Shown here piece by piece: positions 1 to 7,959 of a stretch of 64,000 nt of DNA (its first letter is position 1; the number at the start of each line of letters is the position of its first letter). A program made the translations under genes and the position numbers. The notes under the pieces were generated by a model. The model saw only the letters and a program-made list of their open reading frames with translations, did no database searches and was not told the DNA's origin. Location: contig JASFLY010000005.1 of NCBI GenBank assembly GCA_050117845.1, forward strand, positions 69,512 through 133,511. The letters are read 5' to 3'. Source of the DNA: Candidatus Zixiibacteriota bacterium. Lineage in GTDB: Bacteria; RBG-13-66-14; B26-G2; WVWN01.

Positions 1-381
1 CCCGAGGTCTACTGGCGGATGGGCCGCGTCCTCGGGAACCTGGGCCGCTACGAGGAGGGGCTGGAGTGGTGCCGCAAGGCCGCCGAGCTCAATCAGCGCA
101 ATCCCTTCCCGTACTACATCTCCGCCCTCATTCTGGAGGAGATGGGGAAGAACGAGGAATCGTTCGAAAACCTCCGGCGGTCGCTCTTCGTCGATAAGGG
201 ATTCGTCCTGGGGCACTTCTCCATGGCGAACTATTACCGTTGGCGCGAGGACGACGAACGCGCCGCCCGGTCGTACCGCAACGTCCTCCGCCTCCTCGAT
301 GGCCGGGAGGACGGCGAACATATCGCCGGGGACGGCCTGACCGTGGGCCGGCTCCGCGAAATCGTTAACCAGATCCTATAA
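1..381 (+). CDS. C-terminal TPR region of a CheR-type methyltransferase (WspC-like), 5' partial
   Basis: Frame is open from base 1. TPR helices and the terminal 'GDGLTVGRL' motif typical of CheR-TPR proteins; lies directly upstream of cheW. Confidence 0.7.
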   Translation, partial: PEVYWRMGRVLGNLGRYEEGLEWCRKAAELNQRNPFPYYISALILEEMGKNEESFENLRRSLFVDKGFVLGHFSMANYYRWREDDERAARSYRNVLRLLDGREDGEHIAGDGLTVGRLREIVNQIL

Positions 382-397
382 AACGATAATTTAATTT

Positions 398-1000
398 ATG
401 GAAGAAGAGAAAAAGAACCCCGAGGGAGAAGAGGCCCCGGCCCGGCGCGAGGCCGTGGACTGGACGGCGCTGTTCGACGCCATGTCGGACCGCGCCGAGG
501 AAGAGAAGACGGCCGAAATTCTGGAGGCCCGAGCCCGGGCGCTGGCCTCTCCGGAGGACGACGAGGCCGCGGACCATGGCGAGGTTTACGCCTTCTTCGC
601 GTTGGGCAGCGAGAAGTACGCCCTCTCGACGGCGGTGGTGGGCGAAGTGGTGGAGCGGCCCCGCGTCACCGCCGTGCCCAAGGCCCCTCCGATAGTGGCC
701 GGCCTCTTCCACAGGCGCGGCGGCGTCTACGTCGCCGTGGACACCAAACACCTGATAGGTCTGAATAACGACGCCAAATGCCGGGACGCGCTGGTTCTAA
801 CCGGCGCCATGTCGCGGGTGGCGCTCCTCGTCGACGCCGTGACCGCGACCCGTAATATCCCGGCGGCCGAAATAAGGCCGGCGGACATCGGCGGCCGGGC
901 CATCGCCGGCATTACGTCGGACAACCGCATCGTCCTCGACGGCGGCGCTCTCAGGGAAGAACTCCTCCGCGCGTTGGGTGGAGATCCGGCGGGTAGATAA
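398..1000 (+). CDS. cheW: CheW-family coupling protein (WspD-like)
   Basis: 'ILEARARALA' N-terminal helix, 'FFALGSEKYAL', 'VTAVPKAPPIVAGL', 'ALLVDAV'. Confidence 0.8.
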   Translation: MEEEKKNPEGEEAPARREAVDWTALFDAMSDRAEEEKTAEILEARARALASPEDDEAADHGEVYAFFALGSEKYALSTAVVGEVVERPRVTAVPKAPPIVAGLFHRRGGVYVAVDTKHLIGLNNDAKCRDALVLTGAMSRVALLVDAVTATRNIPAAEIRPADIGGRAIAGITSDNRIVLDGGALREELLRALGGDPAGR

Positions 1001-1002
1001 TA

Positions 1003-2652
1003 GTGGCTCTGCAAGGTAAATTGGAAGATATGCCGGTCGTGGATGTACTCCAGTTCATCTACGCCAGCCGGCGCAGCGGTACGCTGCATATGGAGAGCCG
1101 CAACCGTCGCGGATTCGTCGTCTTCCGCGACGGCAACATCGTGCAGGCTTCCACCAACGCCGCGGATAACAGCTTGGGGCACATTCTCATCGCCCGGGGC
1201 CGCGTGACCGACGAGGACCTCGCGGCCGCGGTCGCGGCCCAGCGCCTCCAGTATAAGGGTATGCCCCTCGGCCGGGTCATGGTGGAACTCGGCCTGCTTG
1301 AGGAACCTGACTTGAAGGCCGCGGTCGTTCATCAGATAGAGGGGGCCGTCCGCGATTTCGTCCTCTGGCTCGACGGCGATTTCGTCTTCGAACTCGGCGC
1401 CGGGGGAGATGCTCCCGACGACGTGTCCGTTTCGCTGGAGGGGATCCTCTCCGGCGTGAACGTCGATACCCAGCACCTTTTGCTCGAGTGCATCCGTATA
1501 TTCGACGAACGGGGGAAGGAGGAGGCCGACCAAGCGAACGCCGACCCGGCCGCGGAGCAGGCCGAAACGTTGATAATCGAACCCGAGGCCGAGGTTACGC
1601 CGCCGGAGGAGATAGAGGCCCCGGAGCCGGCCTCCCATACGGTATTCCTATACTCCAACAGCGAGACGTTGGCCGCGTTCCTCTCTTCCATCGCGACCCA
1701 GAAGAGAGTCGAGTGCCGGGTCTTCCAATCGTTCACGGCCTTGATGCTCGCGCTGGAGGGCGTCGCGGCGAAGGACCGCCTTCCGGTCGTCGTCCTCGAC
1801 GTCGACTTCGGCGTCAAGAGCCAGCAGCAGGCCCGCGGCAAACGGGCCGGCGAACTTATCTCGAAGTTAAAGGCCGCCGCGCGGACGGTGGACGTCGTCT
1901 GCGTGGCGGGCCGCGTTAACTCGGCGTTGCGGATTTCTCTTATGGAACGGCACGCCCGCGCCGTAGTGGGAATGCCGCCGCCGGCGACGTTCGAACAGCA
2001 ACCCCCGCCGCCGGACGTCCGCAACTTCCTGCGCGAACTCTGGACCACGGTGATAGAGGCCTTCCGCAACTACGAGGCCGTGTACGTTAAACGGCAGTGG
2101 CGCACCCGCATCCGCTCGCTCGAGTCGTACCTAATAAAACTTAAGAAGTTCGTGCGCGAGGCGCAGAAGTCCAACTTCTCGTTCCTGGTTTCGCTCGACC
2201 TCCTGAATATCATATCCGAGAATTACGAGCGGGCGCTATTGCTCGTCGTGCGGGAAGGCCAGGCGGCCGGCATCGGCGGCTTCGGCGACGCCGACGACGG
2301 AACGCCCCTCGGGATAATCGCCAAAGGTATCACCGTCGATCTCGGCGTGAACTCCGTCTTCAAGACGGTGGCGGAGCGGCGCACGACCTACCGCGGCCGG
2401 CCGGACGCGTCCGAACCGGCGCACCGGAAAATCTTCGACGAAATCGGCGAACCCCGCAGCGGCGAGGTCATGGTGGTCCCCCTGATCTCGGACGGCCGGA
2501 CCCTCGCGATGATTTACTGCGACAACGGCGAGTACGACAAGGCCCTTATCTACGACGAGCTGTTGGACCTCCTCTCCAACCAGACGCATATCCTGTACGA
2601 GCGGATGCTGGCCGAGACCATTCCCGCCGGGGCGGGCGGCAACGACGAATGA
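1003..2652 (+). CDS. DUF4388 (PATAN-like) domain protein with degenerate receiver-like middle and C-terminal GAF-like domain
   Basis: 'MALQGKLEDMPVVDVLQFIYASRRSGTL' DUF4388 start; LGxxL repeat; C-terminal 'VVPLISDGRTLAMIYCDN'. Confidence 0.75.
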   Translation: MALQGKLEDMPVVDVLQFIYASRRSGTLHMESRNRRGFVVFRDGNIVQASTNAADNSLGHILIARGRVTDEDLAAAVAAQRLQYKGMPLGRVMVELGLLEEPDLKAAVVHQIEGAVRDFVLWLDGDFVFELGAGGDAPDDVSVSLEGILSGVNVDTQHLLLECIRIFDERGKEEADQANADPAAEQAETLIIEPEAEVTPPEEIEAPEPASHTVFLYSNSETLAAFLSSIATQKRVECRVFQSFTALMLALEGVAAKDRLPVVVLDVDFGVKSQQQARGKRAGELISKLKAAARTVDVVCVAGRVNSALRISLMERHARAVVGMPPPATFEQQPPPPDVRNFLRELWTTVIEAFRNYEAVYVKRQWRTRIRSLESYLIKLKKFVREAQKSNFSFLVSLDLLNIISENYERALLLVVREGQAAGIGGFGDADDGTPLGIIAKGITVDLGVNSVFKTVAERRTTYRGRPDASEPAHRKIFDEIGEPRSGEVMVVPLISDGRTLAMIYCDNGEYDKALIYDELLDLLSNQTHILYERMLAETIPAGAGGNDE

Positions 2653-2660
2653 GAGGGCGT

Positions 2661-2689
2661 CGCGGCGTCTTGCGCCGCGGGGCTTTTTT
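2661..2689 (+). terminator. Probable intrinsic terminator
   Basis: CGCGGCG/CGCCGCG hairpin followed by a T tract just after the stop at 2652. Confidence 0.5.
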
Positions 2690-2770
2690 TCGTATAATGG
2701 GCCGTTAAACGTTCGGCCCTCGCCACGGGTCCAAAGTGCGACGAAAACGTTAACGCCAGAGGTGCTTACG

Positions 2771-3307
2771 ATGCATAAATGGACTATCATAGCGGTTTTG
2801 ATTATCGCGCTCGCGTGCGTGGCCGGTTGCCGGCGCACGGGGGGCGGCCCGGCCTACTACGGCGGCAACGGCGACGAGAACGTCGTCGAGGGGTCCGTCG
2901 TGGTCGGCGAAATCGTTCCGGCCGACACCGACGTCGGCGAGGACATCGACGAGTTCGCCGAGGGCGGCGAGTTCTCGAGCGGCGCCGTGGGCACGCTGGA
3001 GACGAGCGAGACGACCGAAACGACGGAGACCTACGTTACCGAAACGTACACCCCCGCGGGCGGAACGGCGGAAGGCTACCGCGTGCAGATAATCGCGAGT
3101 TCGTATCAGGACAACGCGGACAACGTGGCCGGTCAGATTCGCTCGGCCTTCGGCGGCGTGGGCGTTTACGTCGAACATATCCAGGGCCTGTACAAGGTCC
3201 GCGTGGGCGACTACACCGACCGCGCTTCCGCGGAGGCGATGCGCGACCGCCTGCGTAACGCCGGTTACCCGGACGCCTGGATCGTCAAGGAGCAGGTCAA
3301 CCAGTAA
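2771..3307 (+). CDS. SPOR-domain lipoprotein
   Basis: Lipobox 'VAGC'; C-terminal SPOR 'GYRVQI...YKVRVGDY...LRNAGYPDAWIV'. Confidence 0.85.
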   Translation: MHKWTIIAVLIIALACVAGCRRTGGGPAYYGGNGDENVVEGSVVVGEIVPADTDVGEDIDEFAEGGEFSSGAVGTLETSETTETTETYVTETYTPAGGTAEGYRVQIIASSYQDNADNVAGQIRSAFGGVGVYVEHIQGLYKVRVGDYTDRASAEAMRDRLRNAGYPDAWIVKEQVNQ

Positions 3308-3333
3308 ACGAAACTCGACGCTACGAAATAAAT

Positions 3334-3358
3334 AACCCGCCACTAGTTGGCGGGTTTT
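3334..3358 (+). terminator. Intrinsic terminator
   Basis: AACCCGCCA-ctagt-TGGCGGGTT followed by T residues. Confidence 0.8.
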
Positions 3359-3389
3359 CTGATTCTCGCCTTCGAATATTAGAAATCTC

Positions 3390-3418
3390 TTGACAATATA
3401 TGTCCATAATGTTATAAA
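3390..3418 (+). promoter_or_regulatory. sigma70-type promoter upstream of the peptide/radical SAM locus
   Basis: TTGACA-17 nt-TATAAA in an AT-rich intergenic region. Confidence 0.6.
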
Positions 3419-3673
3419 ACTATAGGGTTGCTAATGGCCGAGGGTAATTTATGAGTCGAGGCGTGTTAATAAATATAAATTATGTAGCACGATTGATTTG
3501 ATGCCGAGTTAAGCTATTACTGCTAAATATCCGAACAGCGGCCTTGGTGTTCAGTTTAATTTAATCGAACGTTGTGTCTATTCGAAAAAGGTAACGTATC
3601 GCTTGGGCCGCCGGAAAAGTTTTTCAAGATAAATTCCAAGGGTACTAATCAGACGTACGATAGGAGGAGTTAA

Positions 3674-3892
3674 ATGGCGACACGGAAAGTCATGGCGAGC
3701 GCGGGGGGCGGCGGGGCCTATCACATCCCGGCCCGTTTCGCCCAGAAATACTACTCCGACCTGAGGTTCGTCCTGGGGGAAAACCGGCCCGACGGCATCA
3801 TGGTCTTACCGTTGAAGGTCTTGCAGGACATCGCGACGGTGAAGGACCTGATGAGACAGGGCGAGATAGTGTTCATACCCAAGGCGAGGTAA
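3674..3892 (+). CDS. 72-aa small protein, candidate RiPP precursor or radical SAM substrate
   Basis: Strong RBS AGGAGGA; directly upstream of a peptide-modifying-type radical SAM gene. Confidence 0.7.
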   Translation: MATRKVMASAGGGGAYHIPARFAQKYYSDLRFVLGENRPDGIMVLPLKVLQDIATVKDLMRQGEIVFIPKAR

Positions 3893-3926
3893 TAACGCAG
3901 AAACTTTGAGCTTCGGGGGGTACGCC

Positions 3927-3954
3927 GGGGCACTATTCGTAAGAGTAGTGCCCC
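3927..3954 (+). promoter_or_regulatory. 12-bp GNRA-capped hairpin between the small peptide and radical SAM genes (attenuator or stabiliser)
   Basis: GGGGCACTATTC-GTAA-GAGTAGTGCCCC. Confidence 0.65.
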
Positions 3955-3994
3955 AAACTTAATTTTTCCGGGCGTGGCCCGCCGGGGGGTGAGA

Positions 3995-5131
3995 ATGGAA
4001 AATCCACCGCTGGAACTGCCTTTCCTCAAGAACGTCGGCTTGGTCGTAACGTACCGGTGCCAGGTCGCCTGTCCCCACTGCATCATCGAAGCCGGGCCGC
4101 ATCGGACCGAAGAGATGCGCCTCAACGACGCGTTCTCGTGGACGCGCCAGATAGCCGACTACCGCGGCGGCCACACGCAGATCCTCTCGCTCACGGGCGG
4201 CGAGCCCTTTTACGACCTCGAGCTCCTGCGGGAGATCTCGGCCTTCGCCGATGCCCGCGGCCTTCTGGTAACCGTCGTTACCAACGGCTTCTGGGCCGAG
4301 TCGGCCGGGGCGGCCCTGGGAGTCTTGCGGGGCGTGCCGGCCGTCCGCGCCATGGCCCTCAGTACGGACGAGTATCACCAGATACACATTCCCCTCGACA
4401 GAATAAAGAACGCCGTGTTCGCGGCCCGGGAGTGCGGCGTGCCGTTCAACGTCAACGTCTGTACGCCGGACCCGAAGGCCCCCGCCTTTCTCGCCATCCG
4501 CGACGAATTGCTCGGCTTCGTCGACGCCGACGACCTCAACACCACCGTCACGTTCCCGGTGGGCCGGGCGGGCCGGGAGCTCCCGGACCTCTCGTATGAG
4601 ACCTCGGCCGACGTGCCCCGCTCGGCGTGTTCGGTCGGAGGCTCTCCCATCATCTTCCCGAACGGCGACGTCATCGCCTGCATCGGCCCCGTCATTACGC
4701 TCCGGCCTCCGCACCCCCTCTGGCTGGGCAACGTCCGCGAAAGGCCGCTGGACGAGATCCTCGACGCCGCGGAGGAGAACGCCGTCCTCCACGCCATCCG
4801 CGTATGGGGGCCGCGCCGCCTCGTCGCCGAGGTCCAGGCCGCGGGGCTGGGGGGATACCTGCCCGAGGAGTACGTGTCCAACAGCATCTGCCACCTGTGC
4901 CACTACTTGATGTCGCACGAAAGGATACGGGCGTTTCTGGAAGAATTGACGGCCGACGCCGACTTCGTCGAGGACGTCGCGTACGCCCGCATCCACTACC
5001 TGGACGAGTACCGGATGGTCGAACTCGCGGGGCTGGGGCTGGTCGCGGGGGGCGGTGGGGGGGCGGGGAGGTCGGGGAGAGCTGACGTTGCCTCTTTTCG
5101 GGCGAAACGGCCTGGCGGCCGGAGGTACTAA
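3995..5131 (+). CDS. Radical SAM/SPASM-twitch enzyme, EpeE (YydG)-like
   Basis: CQVACPHC, TGGEP, TNGFW, STDEYH, C...PNGDVIAC, ICHLC. Alternative start GTG at 3974. Confidence 0.85.
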   Translation: MENPPLELPFLKNVGLVVTYRCQVACPHCIIEAGPHRTEEMRLNDAFSWTRQIADYRGGHTQILSLTGGEPFYDLELLREISAFADARGLLVTVVTNGFWAESAGAALGVLRGVPAVRAMALSTDEYHQIHIPLDRIKNAVFAARECGVPFNVNVCTPDPKAPAFLAIRDELLGFVDADDLNTTVTFPVGRAGRELPDLSYETSADVPRSACSVGGSPIIFPNGDVIACIGPVITLRPPHPLWLGNVRERPLDEILDAAEENAVLHAIRVWGPRRLVAEVQAAGLGGYLPEEYVSNSICHLCHYLMSHERIRAFLEELTADADFVEDVAYARIHYLDEYRMVELAGLGLVAGGGGGAGRSGRADVASFRAKRPGGRRY

Positions 5132-5160
5132 TTCGTTTAATACGAATAGGAGGTAACGCG

Positions 5161-5382
5161 ATGAAGCTGGTAATTCGATATTGTGGCGAGTGAGGCTTTG
5201 AGGGCCGGGCTGCCAGGTTGGCGGCCGCTATAAAGGAGGCCACGGCCGTAGAGGCCGTGTTGGAAGAGGGGCACGACGGCATCTTCGACGTGGAGGCCGA
5301 CGGCGAACTGATATTCTCGCGGGCCGAACAAGAGGGGCGCTTCCCCGAACCGGACGAGATAATCGCCGCGCTCGTCGATTGA
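5161..5382 (+). CDS. SelT/SelW/SelH (Rdx) family selenoprotein, CxxU (Sec at TGA 5191-5193)
   Basis: RBS AGGAGGT. Reads MKLVIRYCGE-U-GFEGRAARLAAAIKEATAVEAVLEEGHDGIFDVEADGELIFSRAEQEGRFPEPDEIIAALVD, with Rdx motifs GxFxV and GRFP. Absent from the ORF track because of the in-frame TGA. Confidence 0.9.
5208..5226 (+). promoter_or_regulatory. Bacterial SECIS-like hairpin
   Basis: GGCTGCCA-GGT-TGGCGGCC; G-led loop 22 nt after the UGA. Confidence 0.75.
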
Positions 5383-5412
5383 CCCACCGCCCCCCCAATT
5401 CTCATTTAATAG

Positions 5413-5439
5413 AAAACCCGCCCGAGAGGGCGGGGTTTT
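5413..5439. terminator. Bidirectional intrinsic terminator
   Basis: AAAA-CCCGCCC-GAGA-GGGCGGG-GTTTT between convergent genes. Confidence 0.8.
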
Positions 5440-5459
5440 GATTATTGTGGCTACGGTAA

Positions 5460-5696
5460 TTAGCCCTTCGGCGGATAAGGGTCGTTGCCGTAGGTTCGCT
5501 CTTCCTGTATTTTGCCGTCCTGTTTATGGATGATTATTTGGCTGGGTTCGTTGTTCTTCGCAAGTTCTCTGGCCTTATCGACAGCCTCCTCTTTAGTGTC
5601 GTGCGTACTGGAAGCACGATCGGCGCCTTCCCTCTTTACTTTCCAAAGGTTCTCGTCCCCATCGTGCACGACGTGGTAGCTTTCCCGCTTGCCCAT
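5460..5696 (-). CDS. DUF2188 family protein
   Basis: 'YHVV...WKVKREGADRASSTHDTKEEA...IIHKQDGKIQEERTYGNDPYPPKG'. Confidence 0.9.
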   Translation of the reverse strand: MGKRESYHVVHDGDENLWKVKREGADRASSTHDTKEEAVDKARELAKNNEPSQIIIHKQDGKIQEERTYGNDPYPPKG

Positions 5697-5739
5697 TTCA
5701 CACCCCCTTTATCAGGTATTGGTCGGTTTAACCGAGTTT

Positions 5740-6684
5740 TTATCGCCTTTTTACCGGGGCTCTTTCGCGTTCTCGTTGAGGCTTGTACGGCCAGAAATTA
5801 ATCGGGTTTTTCGGATTATACGTTATTAATCCATTACAACCTAGCTTTACGCCCATTCTCGCTTTTTTTAAACGTTCCGAGAGCAACGATACAACGTCAC
5901 ACCTGACTTCGTCTCCTTTACTTAATCTGTGGGCGGCCGCGTTAAATTTATCGAATAACATATCTTGGCCAGTTCTATTGATACGCCATCGTTCGTAAAG
6001 GTTATATTTTTTCCTAGAATATACGCCCATGCCGACGAAGAAATCTGCCATTTGGATGAAAGGCTCCTCATGCGATTTTCGCGGGTTTATATCTATAATA
6101 TTATAATTTCGTTTAAATAAAATATCCGAACCATTTGCTATGAATAAAGGATCAATATCCCGAATACTTCTACTACGGTTCTCTAAACAATCACTGAGCG
6201 TACCCCAATCCATTGCCGTATTCTCATCGGGGTTTAAAACCCAAGCGCAATCGTCCGGCCATCTTTTCGTTAGAACGTTTTTGAGTAAATGGTAATACAT
6301 CCGTTTAAGGTTTTCGATGTCGTCCCTACCTTTAATCTTATGACGGGTGTCTTCAATATCCCACGTTAAAACGTCGATACGTAAATCCCCGGGACTAGCG
6401 TGTTTAATGCAAAAGTCGATCAACTTCATCGCTGCGAATCTGCCTTTCGCGTCGCGAACCGTTTCCCATTTAAAATCTTTAAAACCGGAACCTATTAATA
6501 ACGCTTTTAAAGGATCTTTAAGTAAATCAACATATGATAATCCCGTTGTTACCAATCCTATACCACGGTAACGCCCGATATTATGATGCGTTTCGTCTGC
6601 GTATCCTATGTGAGTAGCGCGATCCGTATTCCCACCAAAAGTTTGATATAATATCGAGTTATCTCTTTGTCTTTATTTTATCAT
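5740..6684 (-). CDS. DUF3800-like protein, AT-rich; 5' end possibly disrupted
   Basis: N-terminal 'HIGYADE' lies upstream of the ORF-track start at 6555; C-terminal 'IQMADF'. ATG at 6684 is followed by an in-frame TAA at 6675-6673. Confidence 0.6.
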
Positions 6685-6710
6685 ACCAATACTTAATCGT
6701 TGGTGGAAGT

Positions 6711-6737
6711 AAAAAAACCGGCCCCTTTCGGGGCCGG
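6711..6737 (-). terminator. tmRNA terminator
   Basis: Minus strand reads CCGGCCCC-GAAA-GGGGCCGG-TTTTTTT. Confidence 0.8.
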
Positions 6738-6748
6738 CCTTATTAATT

Positions 6749-7102
6749 TGGAGGCGGCGGGAATCGAACCCGCGTCCGGAAGTGCGGCCGCCAGGCCTCT
6801 ACACGCTTGTCCCGCGTTTGAATCTCACGCCGGCCTTTGCCCGCGGGCGGGCATAACCGACGCCAGCCCCTGTAAGGGTTTTCGACCTCGGCGGAAGGGG
6901 CTACCGCTTCGGCTTATCCCGCTATTCCGTCGTCCGGCCGGTGCGCCGCGGGAGGGCTCAACCGGCGGACGGCCTGCTAACTATTTAGCAAGCGTACGCG
7001 TAATTATCGGCGTTTATTTGTTCCCGCCTTTTTAACGCGGCGACAGGAAACCGCGGCGTGCCACCTGGGTACCGTCCACCCCCGTCGAAACCGATCGCCC
7101 CC
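6749..7102 (-). ncRNA. ssrA: tmRNA
   Basis: 5' GGGGGCGAUCGGUUUCGAC; 3' GGACGCGGGUUCGAUUCCCGCCGCCUCCA; G3-U acceptor pair; tag frame 7011-6985 ADNYAYAC*; 354 nt. Confidence 0.95.
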
Positions 7103-7122
7103 GTATTCGAATTAATATTACT

Positions 7123-7722
7123 CTATCTATACAGCGCCCGGACCCGGCCGAAGCTCATCGGCTCCACCGCCGGGTGGCTCGGGCCGTAGTAGACCCGCAT
7201 CAGGAAGTCCCCGTCCACCAACTCGAAGGGGAACCACGTCTGGTTGAAGTAGCTCCAGTTCGGGTTGGGGTCCGTCCGGGCCGTGTCGCCGAAGACGGTG
7301 TCGCAGTTGGGGTAATCTCCCCGCTGCTTTAATAATACGACGAACGGGTCGGTGCTGTTCCAATAATAATCTACGTCCCTGTACGTAACCCACTCGCCGT
7401 GGTCGTAGGTGAAGTTCTCGGGCCCCCAGACGCGGCTTTTCGGCGTCTCGGGGTATATGGACGGATTCCAGTCCCATATCTCGACGCGGAACCCTTCCCA
7501 GCTGGTGTTGCCGGACGGATTGCCGACGTAGACCCGTATGCGCTGGATGTACCCGGCCTCGGCCGGCTCTACCTTGATGGCCCAGCCGTCGCCCGCGTTC
7601 TCGCGGTACAGCGGGTGATAGGGGGTGCCGTCGTCGTAATATATCCACTGCGGCGGCGGCGATGCGCCCCCGGCGCCGGCGAGTATGGTAACAAGTATGA
7701 GCAACCCTAAAGTTCGCCGCAT
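7123..7722 (-). CDS. Secreted protein with C-terminal 'SFGRVRALYR' motif
   Basis: RBS AAGGAG, signal peptide MRRTLGLLILV..., 'IYYDDG' start, C-terminus AVEPMSFGRVRALYR. Confidence 0.8.
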   Translation of the reverse strand: MRRTLGLLILVTILAGAGGASPPPQWIYYDDGTPYHPLYRENAGDGWAIKVEPAEAGYIQRIRVYVGNPSGNTSWEGFRVEIWDWNPSIYPETPKSRVWGPENFTYDHGEWVTYRDVDYYWNSTDPFVVLLKQRGDYPNCDTVFGDTARTDPNPNWSYFNQTWFPFELVDGDFLMRVYYGPSHPAVEPMSFGRVRALYR

Positions 7723-7772
7723 AGCCTCTCTCCTTGAGAAAGGGCCCGAATTAAGCACTTACTTCCACTTAT

Positions 7773-7801
7773 ATTATAATACCCGCTTAACCTGGAGTCA
7801 A
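7773..7801 (-). promoter_or_regulatory. sigma70-type promoter divergent from lexA
   Basis: TTGACT-17-TATAAT on the minus strand. Confidence 0.65.
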
Positions 7802-7892
7802 CTTTTTTAATTAAATAAGGGGGTTTTTAGGGGGAGTGGGGGCTTTTGGCGGCCTTCGGGCGCGCCCCAAGGCCGGCCCCTTCACTTTTTTC

Positions 7893-7921
7893 TTGACTAC
7901 TCAACGCCTGTTGAGTATAAT
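7893..7921 (+). promoter_or_regulatory. lexA promoter with embedded palindromic operator TACTCAAC-N4-GTTGAGTA (7898-7917)
   Basis: TTGACT-17-TATAAT; a perfect 8-bp inverted repeat spans the spacer. Confidence 0.75.
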
Positions 7922-7959
7922 GGTAGCGGTGGCCATAGCCGCCAGGAGAGGTGATATCT

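Noticed and set aside
6701..6709. TGGTGGAAG as an att remnant of a tRNA/tmRNA 3' end
   Set aside because: Too short to distinguish from chance, and there is no integrase.
6749..6780. tRNA gene
   Set aside because: This is the tRNA-like 3' arm of tmRNA; there is no anticodon arm.
6700..7035. 111-aa plus-strand ORF
   Set aside because: It is antisense to tmRNA and is a shadow ORF.
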